Below are positions 50,584 to 64,000 of a stretch of 64,000 nt of DNA, piece after piece. The position numbers and the translations under genes are program-made. The notes below the pieces were generated by a model. It saw only the letters and a list, made by a program, of their open reading frames with translations. It was not told where the DNA came from and searched no databases. Source of the DNA: Azolla caroliniana (taxonomy: Eukaryota > Plantae > Polypodiophyta); NCBI GenBank assembly GCA_043228905.1, contig JBHGNT010000003.1:7626001-7690000 (forward strand), given 5' to 3'. Each line of letters starts with the position of its first letter. Within the stretch, counting starts at the first letter, position 1.

Positions 50584-53074
50584 TGTGGTTCAGGCCTTTT
50601 TTATGATTTGGGCATTTAATTATTCTTCAACTAGTTTGTTCAAAGAAAAAAACTTTCTTAGGCTCATTCCTACTCTAGTCCTTGAAATACCTCGCACCAT
50701 CCAAATTTAACTACGTCTGAACCATAAAGTTGATTTGTCAATGTTAAGAACGAGCATTGGGTTCGTGAAAGATCATAGGTGGAAGATTTTGGTTGGGATA
50801 GTGATAATCCCAAGGATTGGGTGTCTACCTTGTGTCATTGTTTCTCTTGCCTAGGTCTCGGGTAGTTGTTTTTTGGACAATTAGGAGTTGGCCCACCTCC
50901 AAGTGTCTTGTTGTTCTTGATGGAAGTGATAATGGTGCCCAATCATGTTAGGAGTGAAGTAGTGTAGCTTAAGGAAGCTCATTGCAAAAAGTAAGATTCT
51001 CAATTGGAGGAGCTAACATAGATAATGTGTGTCAGCCTTCGTTGCATTGAAATTTATGAAAATGATTTTGTTGCACGCCGGGCATGTCAGAGTATATTAA
51101 GACCCAATACCATTTCTTACAAGAGCGCATTATTAATAAGAAGGTGAAATTAAGTATGGCCTATTTGAATCACTTTATGAAGCAAGCATTTGAAGCCTCA
51201 AACACTTCGGAGTGAGTATGAGCGAGAGAGTGTGGGCAAGGTAGTAAGCCTATGTACAAAAGATAATGTATATGTTGACCCAACTTTACATTATATTTGT
51301 GATTTGATTCGTCGAGAGCATATGCAAGCACAACACCATTCTTTCTCCTTCATTTTATTGTTTTCACATTCCTGAGGTTCTGCATTGTTTTCATTCATAG
51401 ATCCATAGATTGACTCATGCATGATATTCGTGGTATTCCGCCATCAGTAGTATTCGTAATCTTCGAGAATGTAAAATGACCCCAAGAGTATTACATAACC
51501 ATTCGTTTATTTATTTATTATTTATTATTTATTCTACAAAAAAAACAAATATTTTTACATCCATTATTAAAATATTATTTGTGAGGTCCCCATTTTAATT
51601 CACATAAAAATATCAAAATTTGTAGGAGATTAAAAAGTGGGGAATTAATGAACTTTTTATTTATTTATTATTTATTATTAAAAATAAAACAAATACTTTT
51701 AAGTTTTACATCTATTATAAAAATATTATTAGTGTAGGTTTCCTTTTTAATGTGAAGTAAAATATCCCCTTTTTATTGTCAAATTCCTCTTTATTATATG
51801 ATATATGATATATCTAAGAAACTAAAAAGTAAGGAGTCAGGACTTTATGAACTTCTCTTTTTAACGAATATTTTCCATGCATTCGAATGTGTATTCGTAT
51901 GCATTCGTTTGGTAACCCCCACGAATGCGAATATGTTATGCTGATGGAACCATGCTTGTTGATTAGTATCAGTTTAACAACCACGAAATTGGTCATGCGT
52001 CCAATCCTTGTATACCCCAACTTTTGCCTAGCAAAATACTGAAATAAATGTTTTTGCGCCGAGGTCGACAAAACTATCTAGTGCCCCTTCCACTAGGGTT
52101 GGACTGTCATTGATTTCATTCAAATGGGATGCTTCATGCACATTTCAAGAAGAAGAATAAAGCCTAGGAAGTTTAAATTGAAACTATGACATAGATGGTT
52201 TGTGGCAAGTTACATAGGTGGAAGACAAATGAGATGATGCTTCATCCATACCTCAAGAGGAAGACAAACCAAAGAGTCTTAAATTGAAACATTGAATTAG
52301 AGTATGTGGATGACAAGCTACATGGGAAACTATGATTATCAAAGGGGATGCAATAGAAGGTCGAGATTATCTATAGGAGTGTCAAAGAGTAGCCATTATC
52401 TAATGTCATTGAGCTAGTAAATATTAGGTGAGGCCTCCATTCATAGTCACTAGAAGTAATCAATTCCTAGCACTAATGGTAGGGCCATTCATTTTGTGAC
52501 AAAGATCTTGGAATCCAAGTATATTCACAATCAAGTTGAGGGAGAGTTACCAATCCAAGTATATTCACGATCGAGTTGAGGGAGGGTTATCAAAGTTTGG
52601 GCTTCAAAATAGTGAGCAACCTTAAGAAGCTAAGAACAAGTCGATTTTTCTAGTGTAAATGGGCGAACGATTTCCATGGCACAAGCAAAGTTATCTTTCG
52701 ATTTGATTTACTGATCCTCCATCATGTACCAACATGGGCATTTCGTTGATGAATGGCGCGGAATTGTTGAATTCGGACGTAACTCTCCATCATGCCACCA
52801 TTTGACATTGCTTTGATCGAGAGCCGAGGATTGAATGCATTTCAGACTTTGCCCCTCCCATTTCCGAATAATTAGTGCTATATGCAGCTAAAGACAGTAT
52901 TAATCCTCTTTTTCACATGCATGTTTCTTGAGTATAAACATTGGTTGTATTGTGAATTCTGTATATATAAGTGGGGCTCTTAAAGGCAAAAATCAAGTTC
53001 TAGGTTTCTTTCAAGAAATTGGTTCATGGTTTCTTCGATGCTATCTAGCTACTGCTCCGGAATCATTACATAAT

Positions 53075-53357
53075 CAATGGAAGGGAAAACCATGGAATGG
53101 AATTGTACCAAATGTATGAAGAAATGGAAGGGAAAACCATGGAATGGAAGTTGTACAAAATGTATGAAGCAATGGAAGGAAAACCCATGAATGGAATTGT
53201 GCCAAATGTGTATGAAGCAATGGAAGGAAGAACCATGGAATGGAAGTTGTACCAAATGTATGAAGCAATGGAAGGAAAAACCATGGAATGGAATTGTACC
53301 AAATGTGTATGAAGCAATGGAAAGGGAAAACCATGGAATGGAATTTGTACCAAATGT
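53075..53357. repeat. Minisatellite, ~48-bp unit x6
   Basis: aatggaaggaaaaaccatggaatggaa(g)ttgtaccaaatgtatgaagc repeated. Confidence 0.9.
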
Positions 53358-53461
53358 TATGTTTATGCACAAAACATGAAGTTCATGAGATTCCACTCAA
53401 ACATGAATTTACATACAAAGAGAGACAGAGCATATGTCTCCAAAATGAAACCCTAGTTCAT

Positions 53462-54271
53462 TTATGCACCTGTGGTAGGGAAAAGTGTGAGAATGCATTG
53501 TGGGGGGGGAGGCCGTGCTGGAGCCGAAGCCAATGCCAATGCCGAAGCCAAACCCAAATCCGAATCCGAAGCCAAACCCAAACCCAAACCCGAAGCCGAA
53601 GCCGAAGCCGACACGGATGTGGACGTGGATAATGGAGTGAGGATCGGGATGGATGCAAAGAAGAGATGGCCGGGTGGACATTGGCCCGTGCCCATGGGGA
53701 GGCCTTGCGGCAAGCGTTTGAGGTGGAGCCGGTACTTCTGGAGGTGGCTCGCCACATTCTCTCGGGTCAAGCCATCCACATTCATGAGCTGCATGATCGC
53801 CTTGGGCACCGCGTTGTGGAGCCCGATGCGCTCGACCACGTCCACGAATCGCTTGTGGAGTTGGGGTGTCCACATGAGCCGCGGCCTTTTGGACATAGTA
53901 GAAGTACATGGGCTACTACTACCACTACGCCCCCGCCCAATGTCCGGTCGCTCCTCCACCTCCTCATTGATCCTATCGGTAAGGTCGTCGGCCCGCACGG
54001 TCCTTGTGACCAAAGAAGAGTTCCACTTATCACCCTTTTCATGCCACTCTAGTGATTCCACCCCTTCCTCTTGGCGATCGCGCGGACCTTCTATGTTTAC
54101 GCGAATAAATTCCGTTGTTGTTGCTCGCGAGGCGAGGTCCCCATTGGTCCCATTTGCTCCATTGGCTCCATTGGCACCCCCGGTTGGAATGTCGAACGCG
54201 CACGCGAGAGAGCGCGGGATAAGCGGTTGCGAGAGAGGGGTAAGCTCTTCGAGCGCCGGAAGTCGTTGCAT
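53462..54271 (-). CDS. LUX ARRHYTHMO/PCL1/BOA-like GARP (SHAQKYF-class MYB) transcription factor, intronless
   Basis: [19 protein letters not shown]...[29 protein letters not shown] plus the LUX-type N-terminal box [20 protein letters not shown]. Confidence 0.9.
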   Translation of the reverse strand: MQRLPALEELTPLSQPLIPRSLACAFDIPTGGANGANGANGTNGDLASRATTTEFIRVNIEGPRDRQEEGVESLEWHEKGDKWNSSLVTRTVRADDLTDRINEEVEERPDIGRGRSGSSSPCTSTMSKRPRLMWTPQLHKRFVDVVERIGLHNAVPKAIMQLMNVDGLTRENVASHLQKYRLHLKRLPQGLPMGTGQCPPGHLFFASIPILTPLSTSTSVSASASASGLGLGLASDSDLGLASALALASAPARPPPPQCILTLFPTTGA

Positions 54272-55601
54272 TGCTTTGCGTCCTCCTCGTAAAAGATCTA
54301 TTGTATTGTAGTCTCTTCCATTGTATTGTAGTAAGAGGGTAGAGGAAGAAGATTTTTTATGTGTAGGGCTAATGAAAAAATATTAGTAATTGGGGAGAGC
54401 CTAGAGGCAAAGCCAAAAAGAAGCGCTTTGGGCACTTGGCATATAGAGTTGATAGATATCACATAAGAAAAGGTGAGCTCAATATGAGACAGTCTACAGC
54501 CCCGTTCCCCCTTTTGCTTCATTTTCTGTATCTCTTGTTTCTCTCTTCTTCACTTTTTGTTCTTTCGTATTGAGATTACACTCCTCGTATTTGGCTTATC
54601 ACGACAAGGGTGTGGCCCATGTATGGGTTCTAAATCCTTACTTTCACACACCTTTGTTACACCATACATCAAGTTGTGCAAACTTCGTGTCACATCATTC
54701 TATATCACTTCTCATAACTTTTTTCTTGGTACATCTCTATATCAAACTAACGTCCTCACAATCTTCGAACAACTGACACAACTATATTAACTATGGCCTT
54801 CTTTCTCTATATGATTGGGAATACTATGCGGGGACCTCTGTTATGTTCTTTTGTTGGCATTATGCCATAAAGCTACCCATATTGCCAAATTTGAAGCAAT
54901 GACACCCCCCCCCCAAAAAAAAAAAAAGATTCCCTTGACGATTGGCTTTGGAATTGGAATGAGCTCATCTCCTTTGCTTTCGTATTAAATGATATTGGTC
55001 TTTTTCCCCATAGCTTGTCTTATTATGCACGACATTGTAATTTATGCAACCATTACACGTAACAATGGATATGTGTGTGTGATGCTAACGATTGCTTTTG
55101 GCTATTCATGTTCTTGCTTTGTATAGATTGTGTCATTTCCATGAGCATCATATCTGATCACTTGGTATTTTATCGTTAAACTTGTGTTAAGTTTGCGATC
55201 AATAAGTTTATTCTTTGATCTTTATCTTTATGCTCAGTAGAGTTTCCACATCTCAATATCATTTAGTAATCAAGGTTTCATTTCAATATGTCACTGATGT
55301 ATGTACTTCTACTCACAATGTGCAAGGTTCTATGTCATCCATTTTTTCATGATGTATGCAGTGTGTGGTTATAAATGAAAGTCTTTCTACTCAATACTGT
55401 TCAAGGCTCAATATCATCTATTTCATTGGAAGCTTCTTGATGTAGATCAAAATCTTTACGTGTGTCCATGTTCAATACCATCCATTACTTTGCTATGTAC
55501 CATATTGATACAAACGAAGCAAATAACATGGTTGATTTTAATACACATCACCTATTAAGCCAAACAATATGATGTTGAATACTCCTACAACATCTCTATG
55601 G

Positions 55602-55782
55602 TTTGGTGAACTTAAACATCACTTTTGCATAGCAAATCAATGATAGCGTGCTTAAGAGATGTTCACCTCTTGTTTACATGGGAAGGCCAAAGATGTTTTG
55701 GTGAACTTAAACATCACATTTGCATAGCAAATCAATGATAGCATGCTTAAGAGATGTTCACCTCTTGTTTACATGGGAAGGC
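55602..55782. repeat. Tandem duplication, ~95 bp x2
   Basis: tttggtgaacttaaacatcac...tgtttacatgggaagg occurs twice. Confidence 0.85.
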
Positions 55783-56864
55783 TTTAGCCTTCCCATGTGT
55801 ATATTTTGTGATGGATTCATACTTTGATTGAAGTGTTGCATAGACATGGGTTTAGAGATAGAAAATGCCTTTATGGTCAACCCTCCTAATTATTTAACTC
55901 CATCCCTAAACTTGGCAATTGGAAACACACATGTTGAATGCGTTCATTACAACTTAGAACCAAGAAATTCATTGAATTTCTCATTTTTGAGAATGTAAAC
56001 CATCTACTTCAAAATCGAAGGTTACACGTTCTTGATTCTCTTAAATGAAAACTAAAATCAAAAGTATTATAATCTTAAATATAAGTAAAATCAAGCCATT
56101 TTTATCTCCAAAATCGAAGGTTAGTGCATGTTCTTGATTCTCTTCAAAAACAACGGTATTATAATCTAAAATATATGCAAAATCAAGCCATTTTTTAAAT
56201 AAAATGGATAGCTAAAAGATGGAAGCTGGATAGAGAATCCATTGCAATAGATGTAATGTGTATACAAGCAAGTGCAACGAACTTTCGATGTGAGATTGTA
56301 ACAACATTACAATCCAATTTCATTAGTGAATATGCGGGAACTTTAGTATCATATGCATTATTGCAACTGCATTAATACATGCTAGGTTTTAAACATACAC
56401 ATGGCTTATCACAAGTTCTAAACACATTTTGCATTAAATATTTTCATGATGTCAAATGCAAACCCCATCAAGATATTTGAGCTCTACAATGACATCCTTA
56501 GGGAAATCTCCTCAAAAACTGCTAAAAACTTTGAAGGGATGTTACATGGAGTATGGTAAATGTCTCCTATTAGTAGAGGATCCCCTATGAGATCTTCTAC
56601 CCTTAAGCTTTACCCTATATCCATCAACTAGGACATTATAGAGAACAAAGCATTCTGTTTTGATTTATGACGTAGGTTCTAGACGAAAACATCTGGAAAA
56701 ATCCCAAGGGCTTTTGCAATGCTTGTATATGTGTGCTTTGTACTAGAGAGCGAACATTGGCGATTGGGGTTCAAGTATCTTAGGTTGTGTGAGCAGGAGG
56801 ACGTAAGAAACATGTAACAAGCTTTGTTTGGAATACCCTCATTTTGAGGACTAACTTCGTTAAA

Positions 56865-56895
<31 letters not shown>

Positions 56896-59800
56896 GGGAT
56901 TGAAACTTTTACATTTTTTTGCATGAATTATTTTTGGTGGATCAAATAGAGCCATGTCTAAATACATTTTTTCAACGATCTAAGAGCATTCTCTGCGATC
57001 CATTCTACCAATAAAATAATCTCCAAGAAAGGTAAACGAACTTTGCGATAATTAAATACTCATGAGCATTTGCATATATTTTCTTAGAAAATTAATGACC
57101 TATGTAGTTCCGTTAAAAAATGTAAACATCTCAATAAATAGAGTGTTTTTTTTCATGGTGATGAATTCAAATTAACAATGAGAATAATTTAATTGTATGT
57201 ATTGAGGTGTACGTGCTTGCTAGACAGTTTGGAAGCATTCAAAAGATCTTTTCCAAGGAAATTGTGGTCGTGCAACATATGTAGTTTCTTTATGAGACTA
57301 TTTCTAGACGTTGGTCCACAAATTCAAATTCTTGTTTGTACATATACAACTTGGCATTTTAGGCTAAGGCTCAACATAATGTTCTTAAATGAGCAAAGTC
57401 TATACAACAGGGCTCTAAATGTGTCAATGAAGGAAATGGTTAGGTGGGCCTTCAAAAACATTTGATTAATGCTATATTATTTCCAAGTGTTGCCAAACTC
57501 TAAGAACTTACCCTTCTCGGTGAGGAAAACAATTGTTTACAACATAACAAGGCCAAATAACAAATGTACTTAATCATAGGAAAAAACAATGGTTTAGATA
57601 TTGTTATGTAATACTTTTAGGGTGCTTGTTTGATGAAGTGGGATCTAGAAAGAAAATAACCTAATTTATTCTACATTGCAATGCTAAATGATATTGTATT
57701 ACGCTCCCTTTCTTGGTGGGATAGGTTTAGGACATGAATTTCTAACCTTTTTCATCATGGCTCACATCATCCCTGTCATGGGTTTGATGACCTAATACAT
57801 GTTTCATCAAAAAGCTCATTCCTAGATACTAACATCATTGCCATGGAACATGCCCATTGATGAACTAGAATATGCCATTCTTGTGTTAGTAATCTAGGAT
57901 TCTAGCCTTATTATGGGTATGGATTCATTCTTCGATGGAACATCTTTACTGCAAACTTTATAAGGCCAATGCCATCATACTTCACACCAATAACTTAAAA
58001 TATCCAACGGTCAACAAAAATAGCAAAATGTAAACTTTTTTGGACTTGCACAAATATTATTCTACCAAGACATATTGCAGTTGAGAATTCCATCATGTGA
58101 CTGAAAGAAATGGAGAGTGGTCGGCCACCGAAATAATGACATGAATATGATGGTATATCTAAAAGAACCATATCTTTCCATCTCATGTAACTAAAAAACA
58201 AATTCATATAAGACCACAACTATCCAAACACGGGTTTGGATGCTTGCTCACACAATATTAATAATTAGCTATCAAGGACAATAATTGGAGTTTAATAACA
58301 CAATCGGGTTCTCTCGCCACATTTGGGTATGTGATTCGTGACTTTCTTTAAAGGTACATAGCCAATATCCTTTCATTCATTTAGTTTTACATGTTCTTTC
58401 TTGTATAACCGATTACATTGGGCTAAGTTACCTTCCTAGTTTCAACTCACATTCACAAGTTGCCCGGCCATTTTGCTAACAAGGATTGAATTCCATCATG
58501 ATTGTTTTCTAGCATTGCCATTATACCCACTACATAAATTTCCCCTTCGAGATTGCGTTGTTGTTGTGGCTTGCTAAGATGCATTTGTCTAGTTATTTTA
58601 AATAAGAAATAATATCAAATTTTTCATGTATTGGAATTAAATTCAGCTCGTTCGAAAAGCCCACAAAATGCAATACAAAAAGGTGATATTGTCATGGATA
58701 CAATGGTTTGCTAGCGTATTATTTCAAAGGGAACTTTATGGTATAAAGGGAACTAGAGCTACATCTTACGGCCCATTTGACAAAAACATTGTGAGGGAGA
58801 TTTTCGAGATTGTGTATGTCTACAATAGTCTTTCAAATTTTCCATAATAACTTCGTGTTAAATTGTGGCATCAAAAAACACTTTCTTGATTAGTAACTTT
58901 TGTTGGTAAAAAAGGTTTTCATACTTAGCAAGATTAGTAGAAGGTCAAATGTTTCCCATTGTTTTAACATGTTAAACGAGGTATGATTTTGGGGTGATTG
59001 TATTATTAAATCTTGAAAGTATATAGAAATATTGATAGCATAGAATAATTTTATATTATAAGCTAATGGTAAGCCCTATATGTGATCATGGGGGTTCACA
59101 TAGTTTTGTTGTATGAATGTACGAAATGTGGTTCTTCAATTTATGTGGGAAAGATTTTGTATTTAGGCTCCAAATACCCATCTTAGACCTTTTTCCCATA
59201 TAAGCTCACACAAGGAGGGAAGAAATATGTCTACAAAGTTTTGAACGGTTGATGCACACATATAAAATCCTCTAAAAAATCCATATGTAAATAATCAATC
59301 TATTTGGGGATGGTGAACTAATAACAACATGGCTTTAGAGAAGATTATATTTAGAGTAATTCCACTTTATTTGGACCTTGTGAGCAAGACCTAGCTTGAA
59401 CAAGACAATATACGATATTTAACGCTTGTATCGATAAGGCATGTGAACAACTTGATCAATTTCCTCATATTTGTCTCAATTGAATATAAATGAGACAATA
59501 GAAACAAGGAAAATATAAGAGTATTGGTGTTTGAATTGACACATCAACAATATCGTGGTTTGAGTTTCTATTTCTACATGGCACATTTCTAATTTCTCTC
59601 GATTAGGTTTTCTTTTTCTTATAACACTAAACTAAGTAACATTATTTTTAAGGCTCCCATAACTAGCGATGTAATAGTCATTCAAATCTCAATTAAGTGG
59701 GGGAATGTATGTTGGTTATCATGGCAAGCCCCGATTCATAGGAGAGGAGTGGATGATGTTGGCGATAAAGGCACAAGAGATCTCGTTTTCCACCACCAAC

Positions 59801-62299
59801 AATGTTAACTTAACGCACATCCATGCCAAAGATCAAGTCGTGTTGGAATTGGTTAAGTCCAATAACACTATGGATTCTAGACTATCTCGAAACAACAATG
59901 TAGGCGGGTTTTCTTTCTCCAGTCAAAATGTGCACTAGGCAACATTATTGCAGGACATATGGAAGGAAGTTGTAGCCACATTAAAGAGCCAATACGATGG
60001 CATCATAGGCAGATCCGATGGAGTCCACATAAGATGGAACTATTGAGTCCCTTATGTGGCTTGTATATAACATTGACAACTATAAATTTTTATAACTAAT
60101 GAAAGGAGTTTGTTTTCGAAAAAAAAGGTCATCAAATCGAGTTTACATTATAGTTGTATTTCCTGCATGTTGCCACAAAACCTTCTTGTAAAGTTCAGCA
60201 TACTAGCATGATTATAATAAGTATATTTATACATTTTTTAGTTTATAGTATATACCATAGTATTATTGTACAGGTTGATAATTAGTAAAGCATAGACTTT
60301 GGTATTACAATTATTGACGACAATAAATTATCGCCGGAAAAAAGATTGCAAGTATAGATAAAAAATAGTTTACCACTTGTTTTAGCATATGCAATGAATA
60401 ATCAACTTGGTGTTGTGTTCTTTCAATTGAACTCAATATCATTTTCACTTTGTTATGAGTGTTAGCTTACAAACACATTGTATCCTATCATTTATCGAAT
60501 ACAAACAAAAAGTACCATAACGGATACCACCAATCATCTATGTATGTAATGCCTCTAGACATTTGGCATAAAAGTGTCCTTTTCATCAAAAACAAATTAA
60601 GGAATTTCTATGCATGCCATGTATGGGAAATAAGAAAGGCGTGTTAATTTGTAGTATTCTCCCTTGGTACTCATATTTTCAGTAAAATAATAGGTTAAAT
60701 ATTATAACGTCCAAGTGCCCTTGACCCTTGATTGCTGCTATAAGTGGTGGTTCAAAAATGTTGTTCAAAACAACTTTTAGGTAGTCTTGAATGTACCTAC
60801 CAATGATGAACCTACTCCTCTTTTTGCATACCATCTCTTTTGGGGCACTTTGGTTTTCCACGTGCTAAACTTTGATACCATTTTAAATCGTCCTTAGAAG
60901 GGGGGGGGGGGGGGGGGGGGGGGAGTTTTAATGGGTTCAAAGTGATCCTCATAAAACTTATGTCAATCTAACTTATTATGGCATGCTTCATGTTGTTGTA
61001 ACTAAGTGGCAAGATTTGGCTAACAACTTCTTGTCTAGTGTATCTTGTCCTATTATCTAGGTGTCCTCACTTTGATATTGAAAGGAAATTGTTGGACTAT
61101 TTATCCTCTCTATTCTAGGGTGAAATTAATCCAAGTTTCTCAAGACCCTTCTTATTTACTTTGCAATTTGCCTAGGTGAAATTTCTTCTAAAGCTTGACA
61201 ATGGCGATTGCAAATGAATTTCATCTTACCCATAATTGCATGACTTCATGCACATAACTATAAATGACGGTTAGGTAAATATAGAGGAGCAAACCAACAA
61301 TTTCAATGCCAAAACTGTAGAGCTAATTTGAAGAAAAGAGGCCAATGAATATCTAAACACAAACATGGCTTAGCACAACCCAAATGAAAAATAGAAAAGA
61401 AGGTTCATTTCATGTTTGATGTTTGTATGTTTGATAGGGAAGATCTAAAAAGGAATAAACTCCACAATGCCCCTTTTCGGGGGAAATTACAAGAATGAGG
61501 TAAAAAACATTGAGAATGCTTGGAATTACAAAATATTAGAAGAGTGGTGATGAAATCAATGACCGATACACTTTTTTATGCTTCCAATTTATCATTATGG
61601 AAAATGAAAACACGGCAACAACTAGAGCAAAAGAGGATATGGACGATTGGAAGATGATAGAATATGGTTGGTGCTACCCAATAGTTCTTTAAGATCATTA
61701 AAAGGCTAAATCTAATAAGCATAAAGTGCTTGTAAAGGATAGCAACATTTTTAGTGAAACTAATTGTAAGTATTGCCCAAGAAGAGAACAATAACATCTC
61801 TTCTATGTGAAAACCCATGATATGGAGAGGTAGAGGGTATGTATTGCGAGACCTAGTGTGAGGATGAGAACACTGCTCTCCCAATATTCCAACTCTTGTG
61901 GATTTTCTTACTTTTTTCTAGATGTCAAGCATTGCATAGAATCCTTCAATTATTTTTAGAAATATTTCAAAGATATATGTACATTTGGAATTGTGAATAG
62001 ACCACAATGTTTTATTTCAATTTGGAGTTATAATGAGATATAATTCCTTCTTTGCTAAAAACGATTGTGAATATGGGGGGAGGATCACGCTTCTTTCATA
62101 TTGGTTGGTTCTTATACGACAAAATTGAGGTGGCAATGACAAAAAAGTCACTCTTTCTTCTTGGAGAGTCATGACTCACTTCTTCCACAAGACCATGGGT
62201 ACTATAAATGGAATCATCTCCATAACAAAGAAAATAACTTAATTAAGGCCATCATGTAATAAGTTAATGCCCGTCTCCAATAATGAGAAAATAGATGGA

Positions 62300-63900
62300 C
62301 GTTGAAAAATAGATATTGTTCTAAAGGTGTCCTTTTTAAAAAAATTGATAAGGATCCCAAGACCATCATTGTTTGCCAACTCTTACCCATTTTGCATTAT
62401 TTGTATAGCCTTGCTACATCATGAGCATGAATGGCATTTGCACGAGTAGAAGTTTACAATAAAGCTCCATAATAGATATTGATATAATCATGGAGGTTAG
62501 TACAAGTTGGTACGAGTTTTTGGTTTCATTAGCATACAAAATGTAGCACGCATTGGGGATTGAGTGCCACTTAGTCACTCTTGTCTTCATCCATCCCTCC
62601 ATAGAGTAGGACATCCTTGAGATATGTGTTTCGTGACACAAGAAAGGATCATAAAAATTATCTGTTGATAGGAGGCCTCTTGCTTCTTGTATTATTGATG
62701 CTTTTTACATCAGGAGACATGTAAAGCTCAAAAATGCTTCTTAAGAAAGATCATACCTTGTGTACTTTTGGATCAAAGGTGGAAAGTGATTTTGTAGCTT
62801 TCTTTGTACTCATCTAGAATCAAAGCGCTTGATGAGCTGATATTAAAAGTTTTAAAACTTTACTTAATTTTGGAGTCACATGGAAACTTTTATTTCTCTT
62901 TCTTGTGCTCAGTCTTGTTACATTGGTCCATCAATAATCATTCGAGGATCACAAACATTGATTAGCCTTTGGAGAGATAAATAGGGTTGATTGAGATTCA
63001 TCTATTACCACTATTTTTGCATTCAATTTGTGACATGGATTTACTTCTCATGTTGACTATCATGGATAGGAGACAAATTTAGGGAATCTTCTTATGATTT
63101 CATGCAATAACCCAAACAAGAACCTTATATATATATATTGCTCGCCTTGTAACGTAGTTGTTGGATCAGATGGATCAATGTATTAGTGTCATGAAAATCT
63201 GCATTTGTGTGAAATATGAGTTGACCATCCAGGTCCTAAACTATGGAAGGCAATGTTGAAGATTATGTCTTTAGAGTTTGTTCCAATCATATGTTCAAGG
63301 TGGTATGCAAGGGTGCACCTAGTTTTTTGTCCTTTCATTAATGTGATCTAGGATCATGTTGTGCCAACTTGCCGATCCACAGTCTTTGGTTTAGCAACCA
63401 TTATTTTCGTGTCATGACTACCTTTCATCTTTTTTTCATAAATCATGCTCCTTATTGTGATACACACGGTTTTTTGCCTTGGATAAGATTGTAACACCCC
63501 ACGAGATCCTCATTTTCTTTTTATAGTATTGGCAACATGCTCTTCAAACTTCTTCCCAATCTTTAAATAGACAAGTGCACTCTCCGCCATCCTCTAGTAG
63601 AATGCCAAACTTCATCCTATCATCCTAATCAATTAAAGTCAATAAAATTGAACTTCATTAATCCAAAGCAATCTTTGGTCTTGAGAGTTGGGCAAACGAT
63701 GTGCATATTTTGCGAGCACCATAGTGAAGCTCTTCCTTCCTTTTCTTGATGCATCCCACTTGTTCCTTTGCTCTCTTAGATCCCAAAAATTTCTTGAGAT
63801 GTGGTCCCTTGTAATTGTCTGACAATCTTGGCTACTCTTTCTATGGCACCTCGTGTGGTCTCAATATTATCCTTATCTTGCATCATTTGATTCATCATCC
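62300..63900 (-). pseudogene. Possible highly decayed hAT-family transposase relic
   Basis: Faint motifs (TKWHSIPNACYIL resembling RW..H.PLH.A.Y.L; VHPCI resembling W.PC.AH). No long ORF. Confidence 0.25.
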
Positions 63901-64000
63901 TTGTTGTCATCATCACACAATCATCATTTTGCATTGTAGCCATTTCCCCCTACTACTCTTTCATGCCGAGTTGCTAATGACATTGTGAAAATATGTGCAT

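Noticed and set aside
53049-53400. Repetitive ORFs and CRISPR-like periodicity
   Set aside because: A simple minisatellite without unique spacers, in a eukaryotic context. The same applies to the LTP intron arrays.
53472-54311. 279-aa ORF antisense to the LUX-like gene
   Set aside because: Shadow of a GC-rich, repeat-containing CDS; no homology evident.
56868-60923. Long poly-G/poly-T runs at 56868-56898 and ~60898-60923
   Set aside because: Simple homopolymers whose lengths are prone to sequencing error; no associated structure.

Overview
AT-rich, repeat-dense nuclear DNA from a land plant, probably a fern or other non-seed vascular plant (inference from the gene set and TE types; not provable here). 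Host genes: a type-1 nsLTP (2 exons), a class-A heat-shock factor (2 exons), an intronless LUX/PCL1-like GARP factor and a decayed PPR gene. A ubiquitin-RPS27a coding sequence sits inside an hAT-like element with perfect 21-bp TIRs and an 8-bp TSD (Pack-hAT). A decayed Copia (26333-43761) carries two related GC-rich, tRNA-Trp-primed LTR elements with 4-bp ACG-containing TSDs. One is a very young intact Ty3/Gypsy with a candidate GGAUUUU + pseudoknot -1 frameshift between gag-protease and RT. The other is a gag-only non-autonomous relative. Also present: an older full Copia, Gypsy relics, an ~840-bp inverted LTR pair and many tandem duplications. All coordinates and identities were read by eye.
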